DNA from: Aulosira sp. ZfuVER01
Lineage (GTDB): Bacteria > Cyanobacteriota > Cyanobacteriia > Cyanobacteriales > Nostocaceae
Length of the DNA stretch: 12,621 bases
NCBI GenBank assembly: GCA_034530615.2
Contig: JAVRCV020000058.1
Coordinates: 1-12,621 of the forward strand
Reading direction: 5' to 3'
In this document: positions 1-7,098 of the stretch, piece by piece
How positions within the stretch are numbered: the stretch's first letter is position 1
Layout of the letters: each line of letters begins with the position of its first letter
Notes under the pieces: model-generated
What the model was told of the DNA's origin: nothing
Seen by the model: the letters and a program-made list of their open reading frames with translations, nothing else
The model's database searches: none
Position numbers and translations under genes: made by a program

Positions 1-207
1 CCCAATCCCAAACCGGATGGTGGCGGCAATCCAAATCCCAAGCCAGATGGCGGCGGCAATCCAAATCCCAAGCCAGATGGCGGCGGCAACCCTAATCCCA
101 AGCCGGATGGCGGCGGCAATCCAAATCCCGATCCTAAACCGGATAGTGGCGGCAACCCCAATCCCGATCCTAAACCGGATAGTGGCGGCAACCCCAATCC
201 CAATCCT
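1..207 (+). repeat. Coding tandem repeat: four 30-bp units, two 36-bp units and a partial unit
   Basis: Units start at 1, 31, 61, 91 (30 bp) and 121, 157 (36 bp, with extra GATCCT); partial unit from 193. Confidence 0.95.
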
Positions 208-249
208 GGTTCAGGTACACCCACCCCAACAGATCGACCTACATCATAA
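1..249 (+). CDS. 3' end of a CDS entering from the left; low-complexity tail (PNPKPDGGGN)x4, (PNPDPKPDSGGN)x2, PNPNPGSGTPTPTDRPTS*
   Basis: Frame 1 is open from base 1 to TAA at 247-249. Differences among the 30-nt units are synonymous third-position changes in this frame (CCC/CCA/CCT, AAA/AAG, AAT/AAC, GGT/GGC). Confidence 0.8.
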   Translation, partial: PNPKPDGGGNPNPKPDGGGNPNPKPDGGGNPNPKPDGGGNPNPDPKPDSGGNPNPDPKPDSGGNPNPNPGSGTPTPTDRPTS

Positions 250-282
250 GTATTGATGTATTATTCATTGCAGTTGTAAAAG

Positions 283-325
283 ATGGGGAAAGCGCCTCAA
301 GGTTAATTCCCCCATAGTTTATTTT
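283..325 (+). terminator. Possible intrinsic terminator
   Basis: ATGGGGAA (283-290) pairs imperfectly with TTCCCCCAT (307-315), followed by AGTTTATTTT. The loop is large. Confidence 0.35.
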
Positions 326-570
326 GTATTCCCTATGTAAATACTGAGTATAGACGATGGCTTTTAAACCAAAGTATGTTATTTCTGATTATGCAAAACT
401 ATTTTTATCAACGCAAAAGAGACTTTTACCCTGACTCCAGAGCATTCGCTAACGCTAGATTAAATCTAGGGTAGGGCTTACGCCTGGTCGGTGAAAATGT
501 TTTAGGCTTAATTCACCGTATTTGCGTAATCTACCAAAGCTAAAATGTTCCAAAAGAGACAGATAAAATT

Positions 571-1950
571 ATGACATTTGATTATGACCTGTTTGTAATT
601 GGTGCCGGTTCTGGGGGTTTGGCGGCATCCAAACGAGCAGCTAGTTACGGGGCGAAAGTAGCGATCGCAGAAAATGATTTAGTAGGCGGTACTTGTGTAA
701 TTCGCGGTTGTGTGCCCAAAAAGCTTATGGTATATGGCTCACATTTTCCAGCACTGTTCGATCATGCCGCAGGCTATGGCTGGAAAGTTAGTGATGCTGA
801 ATTAGACTGGGAACATTTCATTACATCTATAGACAAGGAAGTCCGACGGCTGTCTCAACTACATATCAGCTTGTTAGAAAAAGCCGGAGTCACATTAATT
901 CCAGGCCGTGCTACTTTAGTAGACCCTCATACTATAGAAGTTGACGAACGCAAAATTACAGCTGATAAAATTTTAATTGCTGTTGGAGGGCGACCTGTCA
1001 AACCAGATTTACCTGGTATGGAATATGCTATTACCTCCAACGAAATCTTTCACCTGAAAGAAAGACCCAAGCACATAGCCATTATTGGTGCTGGTTATAT
1101 AGGTTCGGAATTTGCTTCAATACTGCGTGGTTTAGGTTCCCAAGTAACACAGATTATCCGCAAAGACCTGATTTTGAAGGGGTTTGATGAAGATATCCGC
1201 ACTGGTATTCAGGAGGGGATGGTAAACCACGGCATTCGCATCATCCAGAATAATGTAGTGACATCTGTTGAGCAGGTGCCAGAAGGATTGAAGCTGTCCT
1301 TATCTGAGGAAAATACCGAACCAGTAATTGCTGATGTGTTTCTTGTAGCCACCGGTCGGATGCCTAATATAGATGGACTGGGTTTAGAAAATGCTGGGGT
1401 TGATGTTGTCGCCAGTTCGATCGAAGGCCCAGGATACAGCACTGCAAATGCGATCGCAGTCAATGAATATAGTCAAACTAGTCAACCAAATATTTTTGCT
1501 GTGGGTGATGTCACAGATAGGTTGAATTTAACACCAGTAGCAATAGGTGAAGGCCGAGCCTTTGCCGATAGTGAATTTGGCAACAACCGCCGAGAGTTTA
1601 GTCACGAAACCGTACCAACAGCAATCTTTTCCAATCCAGAAGCGGCTACAGTCGGTTGGACAGAAGCTGAAGCCAAAGCCAAACTTGGTGATGAAGCAGT
1701 CAAAATTTTTCGTACCCGCTTCCGCCCTATGTACTACAGTTTAACGGGTGCCCAAGAAAGAACCATGATGAAGTTAGTAGTGGATGCTAACACCGATAAA
1801 GTTCTGGGTGCTCACATGGTAGGAGACAGTGCAGCAGAGATCATTCAAGGTATAGCGATCGCTGTCAAAATGGGCGCAACCAAAAAAGACTTTGATGCCA
1901 CTGTGGGAATACATCCCTCAGCAGCAGAAGAGTTTGTCACGATGCGATGA
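571..1950 (+). CDS. gor: Glutathione-disulfide reductase
   Basis: FAD motif YDLFVIGAGSGG, redox disulfide GGTCVIRGCVPKK, second Rossmann motif GAGYIG, C-terminal GIHPSAAEEF His-Glu pair; 459 aa. Confidence 0.97.
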   Translation: MTFDYDLFVIGAGSGGLAASKRAASYGAKVAIAENDLVGGTCVIRGCVPKKLMVYGSHFPALFDHAAGYGWKVSDAELDWEHFITSIDKEVRRLSQLHISLLEKAGVTLIPGRATLVDPHTIEVDERKITADKILIAVGGRPVKPDLPGMEYAITSNEIFHLKERPKHIAIIGAGYIGSEFASILRGLGSQVTQIIRKDLILKGFDEDIRTGIQEGMVNHGIRIIQNNVVTSVEQVPEGLKLSLSEENTEPVIADVFLVATGRMPNIDGLGLENAGVDVVASSIEGPGYSTANAIAVNEYSQTSQPNIFAVGDVTDRLNLTPVAIGEGRAFADSEFGNNRREFSHETVPTAIFSNPEAATVGWTEAEAKAKLGDEAVKIFRTRFRPMYYSLTGAQERTMMKLVVDANTDKVLGAHMVGDSAAEIIQGIAIAVKMGATKKDFDATVGIHPSAAEEFVTMR

Positions 1951-1953
1951 TAA

Positions 1954-1983
1954 GTCCTGAGTATTGAGTCCCGAGTGCTGAGT
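1954..1983 (+). repeat. Heptameric short tandem repeat (STRR-type)
   Basis: GTCCTGA GTATTGA GTCCCGA GTGCTGA GT directly after the gor stop. Confidence 0.75.
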
Positions 1984-2065
1984 TAGAAAACTACCCACAA
2001 ATGGCGGAATATCTAACTAGTGAATCATTCCTGAGTAATTTTACTTTACTCTTGACTAAATTTTG

Positions 2066-2087
2066 TACAGATGCCATCGCATCTGTA
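2066..2087. repeat. Perfect 9-bp inverted repeat centred on a one-mismatch HIP1
   Basis: TACAGATGC-CATC-GCATCTGTA; the centre GCCATCGC differs from GCGATCGC at one base. Confidence 0.7.
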
Positions 2088-2112
2088 TTAAAAATACTGG
2101 CTGAGTTGAATT

Positions 2113-2766
2113 TTGAATTACTTTATCTACTTACACGGTTTTGCTTCTAGTCCTAATTCTGCTAAAGCACGAGATATTAGCGATCGCTTTGCCCAAATAC
2201 AAACAAAGCTGAAAATTCCCGATCTGAATGCTGGTGATTTTTCTCAGTTGACAATCACTCGTCAGATAACTCAAGTTGTTGCAGAATTTCCCCATAATTC
2301 AGTACCAGTAACCCTAATTGCCTCCAGTTTAGGCGGGTTAACAGCAGCTCACATAGGGCAAAAATACTCACAAGTACAACGTCTAGTTTTACTAGCGCCA
2401 GCTTTTGGGTTTTTATCCCACTGGCTACCTAAACTAGGAGATGAACAGCTACAGCGTTGGCAAAAAGAAAAATATCTCCAGGTTTACCACTATGGGGAAG
2501 GGCGAGAACTTCCTTTAAGTTACGATTTCGTTACAGATGCCACTCAATACCAAGAAGATTTATTGCAACGCCCAATCCCTACTGTGATTTTGCATGGAAC
2601 GAAGGATGAAGTCATTCCCATTGCAGCTAGTCGTGACTTTGCGCAATCGCGTCCTTGGGTGAATTTAGTAGAACTCGACAGCGATCACAGCTTAGGAAAT
2701 GTCATGGAAGAAATATGGCAAGCAATTCACCTCTTCTGCCAGTTACCTGGAAGCAGTAAAATATGA
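2113..2766 (+). CDS. YqiA/YcfP (UPF0227)-family alpha/beta hydrolase (esterase)
   Basis: N-terminal YLHGFASSPNSAKA, nucleophile elbow ASSLGG, LLAPA, HGTKDEVIP (Asp), SDHSL (His); TTG start. Confidence 0.88.
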   Translation: MNYFIYLHGFASSPNSAKARDISDRFAQIQTKLKIPDLNAGDFSQLTITRQITQVVAEFPHNSVPVTLIASSLGGLTAAHIGQKYSQVQRLVLLAPAFGFLSHWLPKLGDEQLQRWQKEKYLQVYHYGEGRELPLSYDFVTDATQYQEDLLQRPIPTVILHGTKDEVIPIAASRDFAQSRPWVNLVELDSDHSLGNVMEEIWQAIHLFCQLPGSSKI

Positions 2767-2788
2767 ACTTCTCAGATCGCAAGTGTCC

Positions 2789-2848
2789 TTAGTCATTTGT
2801 CTTTTATCTATTACCAATGACTAATGACCAATGACCAATGACTAATGA
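2789..2848. repeat. STRR-type heptamer array (CYAATGA)x5 with an upstream inverted copy
   Basis: CCAATGA CTAATGA CCAATGA CCAATGA CTAATGA at 2814-2848. TTAGTCATT at 2789-2797 is the reverse complement of AATGACTAA. Confidence 0.85.
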
Positions 2849-2857
2849 CAAAAAATT

Positions 2858-4006
2858 ATGCTTCCATTCATCCGGTCAGATTTAGCTCAATTCACAGCTT
2901 ATAAACCCCATCCCAGCAGCGATAATGCCGACTCTGTGCCGACGCAATTCGATCGGCTGGATACGAATGAAAGCCCCTATGATTTGCCACCAGAGTTAAA
3001 AGAAAAGCTGGCTTGGACATATCAGCAAGTAATTGAAACAAATCGTTACCCTGATGGAGGGCATGAGACACTTAAAGAAGCGATCGCTGAATATGTTAAT
3101 GAGTCAGCTTCTCTCTCATCATCGAGTGTTACTGCTGCTAATATTTCTGTGGGCAATGGTTCAGATGAACTGATCCGTTCTTTATTAATTGCCACCTGTC
3201 TGGGAGGAGAAGGCTCAATTCTAGTTGCTAATCCTACTTTCTCTATGTATGGGATTTTGGCAAAAACTTTGGGTATTCCCGTTGTAGAAGTGGGTAGAAG
3301 TGAAGCAAATTTTGAAATTGATTTACAAGCAGCACAATCTGCTATCGAACAAACGCAAAATCCTCCAATTCGGATCGTTTTTGTAGTGCATCCCAATTCT
3401 CCCACTGCTAATTGCTTAACTGTGGCAGAGTTAGCCTGGTTAAGAAGTCTAAGTGAAGAAATTTTGGTAGTAATTGATGAAGCTTACTTTGAATTTAGCC
3501 AGACTACTTTAGTTGGAGAATTACTACAGCGGCCAAACTGGATAATATTACGCACTTTTTCTAAAGCTTTCCGGTTAGCAGCTCTGCGAGTTGGCTATTG
3601 TATTGCACATCCAGAAGCGATCGCCATTTTAGAAAAAGTCCGCTTACCCTACAATCTTCCCAGTTTCTCAATAGCCGCAGCATTAATCGCTTTACAAAAC
3701 CGCAAGCTATTACTCGCATCAATTTCCCAAACGCTCACTGAACGTGACAAACTGATCCAAGCTCTATCACAATACTCAGTCTTACAAATTACAGCCAGCA
3801 CGGCTAACTTTATTTACCTGCGTGTCACCCCAAATAGCCCCATCTCTCAAGGTACAGCTTTACAAAATCTTCATCAACAACTCAAACACTCCGGTACACT
3901 TGTACGCCTTCTGAGTGGAGGATTAAGAATTACCATAGGGGCAAAAGAAGAAAACGCCCGTACCCTAAGTCGGCTACAGGCTGCTGTGGCAAATCTTCCA
4001 TTTTAA
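2858..4006 (+). CDS. hisC: Histidinol-phosphate aminotransferase
   Basis: [42 protein letters not shown] lysine motif [23 protein letters not shown]. Confidence 0.93.
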   Translation: MLPFIRSDLAQFTAYKPHPSSDNADSVPTQFDRLDTNESPYDLPPELKEKLAWTYQQVIETNRYPDGGHETLKEAIAEYVNESASLSSSSVTAANISVGNGSDELIRSLLIATCLGGEGSILVANPTFSMYGILAKTLGIPVVEVGRSEANFEIDLQAAQSAIEQTQNPPIRIVFVVHPNSPTANCLTVAELAWLRSLSEEILVVIDEAYFEFSQTTLVGELLQRPNWIILRTFSKAFRLAALRVGYCIAHPEAIAILEKVRLPYNLPSFSIAAALIALQNRKLLLASISQTLTERDKLIQALSQYSVLQITASTANFIYLRVTPNSPISQGTALQNLHQQLKHSGTLVRLLSGGLRITIGAKEENARTLSRLQAAVANLPF

Positions 4007-4018
4007 GTATCAACTCAC

Positions 4019-4573
4019 TTAGTAATTAAACCTACCTTCTACTCCACTGCCCAAACGGCGTACCATTCTCACTGTTTGTGGCAAAACACCTACTAACAGC
4101 GCAAAGGAAACATCTGGTAGATTAGCTACCGTTTCCAGTGGAAAGTATTGTTCAAATTGATCGAGAATCTTTTGAACTCGTTGCTGAGGTACGGGGTTTT
4201 CAGTAATTTGTTTGATCAAGCGAATCCATTGTCGCCTTATTAAATAAGCTTTCTGGCGCTCCTCATAAGTTTCAGGAGTTAATAAAGAAAGATTACCTAT
4301 AGGTAATGCTCTTTGGCAATCACAATCATAGTCCCCACCCACAGCAGCCCCAGGCCCAGCAAACTCAGCATGGTAGCGTTTAAAGAGAATTAAACCATTC
4401 CGTTTACGACTATTGACGATGAAAACCTTTCCAGTCTGTAGTAGCGTGAGGATATCCGAGCCTTGCGATTGCTCAGTTCCATCAGGCATGACACTATTGT
4501 CAAAGAAACTGGTTTCAGGATAATAAGTTGATACCATAGCAATCTGATAGCGTCGGCGTTGTTCGCTATCCAT
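4019..4573 (-). CDS. Hypothetical protein, possibly a degenerate Crp/Fnr-like regulator (alternative start ATG at 4537, MVSTYY)
   Basis: 184-aa ORF. A beta-rich segment (GKVFIVN...EFAGPGAAVG), a long helix and a C-terminal HTH-like LPDVSFALLVGVLPQTVRMVRR recall the Crp layout (inference). Confidence 0.75.
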   Translation of the reverse strand: MDSEQRRRYQIAMVSTYYPETSFFDNSVMPDGTEQSQGSDILTLLQTGKVFIVNSRKRNGLILFKRYHAEFAGPGAAVGGDYDCDCQRALPIGNLSLLTPETYEERQKAYLIRRQWIRLIKQITENPVPQQRVQKILDQFEQYFPLETVANLPDVSFALLVGVLPQTVRMVRRLGSGVEGRFNY

Positions 4574-5192
4574 GTTTTCTCAGATTTGCGAATAATTGAG
4601 TAGTAGTATGCACTAAAAGCTGTAACTTGCTGTTAAATCAAATTAGACTTTTGATTTTTCTTATTATTAAGAACTTTATAGTCGATTTGCCTAGGATATG
4701 AATAAATAGGTTTGCCTGAAAAATTGAGTAATCATATTTTATGAAATTTAACTGAGTTTGTCTTCTATTCGAGTGAACTTTTTTTAAAGTTTTTATAAAG
4801 ATCAATATCTTCAATACAAAGTTATGATGAGGAATTAATAAATTCCTAGATGTTAATTTATGTTATATATTTCATTGTAATTGATGCGTATATATAAAAA
4901 AATATTTGTTTTAATATCTTATCAAAAGTAACTTAACATAACTTATGAATAAGTTGAATCTATGAAGAAATAGATTATTTTTAATTGTATCCGTTATCTC
5001 TAATACTTACTGTTTACCAAACTTTTATAAGATTGAATCGCATAAAAAATATTAATTTAAATTAACAATAAACCTATTTAGGAATAGCAGGTAAACATTT
5101 TATTAATCTCTCCTCTCAATCATTTGTGAATAGAAATATCCTCCGAATTGTTTTACAAGTCGTGGTTCAGAGCATATCGATTTTCATAACTT

Positions 5193-5852
5193 TCAAATCG
5201 TTGAATTATTTCTCAGATGTTTATGTAGTAATATCTGATTTGAGTATTTAGTGAAAAAAATATTCCAACTAGATTCGACTTTATGTACCCTATATCCCAA
5301 CTTAAAATATAGCTGCCGTGCCTGGTAGTTATTTTCTAAAACGTGCAGATATAAGTCTTGAAATCCCCATTCTTGGGAAACTTTCTCGCAGTTTTGTAAT
5401 AAACCTGAAGCCACGCCATGCCTACGGTATTGTGGGCGAACAGCTAAATTAGACAAGTAGGGAAAACTTCTGCCGACTTGTGTCCATGAATTACTAAAAC
5501 GTACACCTAATTCTACAGTTCCTATTAAGTTATCTGCTCCACCTTTAGTAGTATCAGTAGCAACCAAACAAATGTGATGGGGTGCAGGTGATGCTATACG
5601 GTGCTTCAAGTCTTCATAAATACCCAAACGTAGTATTGGAAAAGCCCATCCCCAGATTCCCTGTTGGGAGTGAAAGCTTTCAGTAATGATTTGGGCAATC
5701 CCATTGAGATCGGCAGGTGTTGCAGCACGGATTTGGAATTGGCACTCAGGCAGATCGGCTGCAACTGCGATCGGCTCTTGGTGGTATGGGTGAAAAAACC
5801 AGGATGTCAAGGCTAGTTTAGTATTAATTACATTTAACAAAAATTTTCTCAA
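5193..5852 (-). CDS. GNAT-family N-acetyltransferase (real start may be TTG at 5810, MTSWFFHPY)
   Basis: IRAATPADL, motif A YLSNLAVRPQYRRHGVASGLL, motif B LYLHVLENNYQARQLYFKLGY. Confidence 0.9.
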   Translation of the reverse strand: MRKFLLNVINTKLALTSWFFHPYHQEPIAVAADLPECQFQIRAATPADLNGIAQIITESFHSQQGIWGWAFPILRLGIYEDLKHRIASPAPHHICLVATDTTKGGADNLIGTVELGVRFSNSWTQVGRSFPYLSNLAVRPQYRRHGVASGLLQNCEKVSQEWGFQDLYLHVLENNYQARQLYFKLGYRVHKVESSWNIFFTKYSNQILLHKHLRNNSTI

Positions 5853-6441
5853 ATATCCTCAAACACCATATAAACTTGACGAAAATTCTTAGCAGACTAT
5901 AGCTTTGAATTTCTAGTAATCATGCAAATTATCTTTTGGTCTTTGAGCAAACGAAGTGCGAAGCCTTTTTGTCCAAAACAGACAATGCGTTTCGCAACTT
6001 TAATAATATTGTTATACACCTTGGTAGAGATGATATCGATGACCTAGGTTATTTTTCAAGGTGATAACATAACTCTCCGAGCCTTTGGGTACTCTATTGA
6101 TAGATTAGTAACTCTGGGTGGTTAAGCATCATAGAGAAAAATTATTATTGCCTAAATACAATATATCCCAGCTAAAGTAAAAGCTTTAAACCTGAGAGAT
6201 TGCTACTTGGCTGAAAATTATAACTTGTATAAGTTATGACATTCTAATTTATCCAATGGTTGCTCATTTCCCATCTTCTAGTTCCTAGAGTGGAGCCTAC
6301 CTCTCTCACAGGTGTAGGTTTTTCATCCAAAGGTGAGTTAGGACTCTCATTTGAACGCAGGAATCAGCCTTTTGTTTTTTTTATCTGCAAATTTCTGTTC
6401 TTTGGCTGCCGACGCTCAGACTTTTCTCCTTGTCTCTCCTA

Positions 6442-6489
6442 CCCTAGCCTGCGGCAACGGCTACGCCGAACGGGAACGACTTCGTCGAA
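6442..6489. mobile_element. Two nested 24-bp small dispersed repeats (SDR-like)
   Basis: Inner unit GCCTGCGGCAACGGCTACGCCGAA (6447-6470) interrupts outer unit CCCTA^CGGGAACGACTTCGTCGAA (6442-6446 + 6471-6489). They are 18/24 identical with compensatory stem changes. Confidence 0.75.
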
Positions 6490-7098
6490 CGGTTGAAGCT
6501 CGTTTCTAGCTACCGCTATGCTAACGTAGTCGCTTAGATCTGACTCACCCTAGCAAGAGGAGGGTCTAATCTGATTCCTCCCGTTTCTAAAAGTTGTGGT
6601 ATTTATCCTACTGATAGTCCTGATTGCTAAATTAGAAACAAGTGTTTGTCTAATTGTATACTTAGACTTTACATCTTATTGTTGTATTATTACTAACTTT
6701 AGTATGGGTATCATAAATAAAATTTCCCGACAAGTGTTAGTGCAACTGCTGCAACGGGAAAACTTAATATGCAGCTACAGATGGATTTTTCAGCCAGCTT
6801 TGAGTGCTGTATGTGTATAGTGTTTGGACATTTCTCGCCGGAGGTGAGGGAAGATTTGGCAAGCATCAACTCTGTAAGACTAAAACTGAATATGAAAGCA
6901 ACTGCCCTACTTCAGAGCGAATGGCAATTATTACAAGCCATTGAGGCGAATTACTGTGAGTAAATGCTTATACACTCAGCACTCATGTAGCTATACAGCC
7001 TTATTCGTCAAAATGCTCTGCTCTTACCTGACTCAGAAATATCCCAGTCTGATCAGATTATTCTTTATCCAACTGCCGTTGCAGCAGGAAAGCGGTGC

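Noticed and set aside
1..207. 30/36-bp periodicity as a CRISPR array
   Set aside because: Units are contiguous, lack unique spacers and encode a peptide repeat.
17..256. 79-aa ORF MVAAIQIPSQ...
   Set aside because: Off-frame shadow of the repeat; substitutions are synonymous in frame 1, not in this frame.
1209..1744. ORFs 1209..1463 (-) and 1547..1744 (+)
   Set aside because: Both lie inside gor and show no recognisable motifs.
3046..3405. 119-aa antisense ORF
   Set aside because: Shadow of hisC.
6220..6237. Resemblance of ATAACTTGTATAAGTTAT to loxP arms
   Set aside because: Lacks the 13-bp arms and 8-bp spacer, and no recombinase gene is nearby.
6260..6963. ORFs 6260..6496, 6596..6820 and 6769..6963
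   Set aside because: Short, mostly non-ATG starts, no motifs; the first runs through a T tract and the nested repeats. A real small protein cannot be fully excluded.
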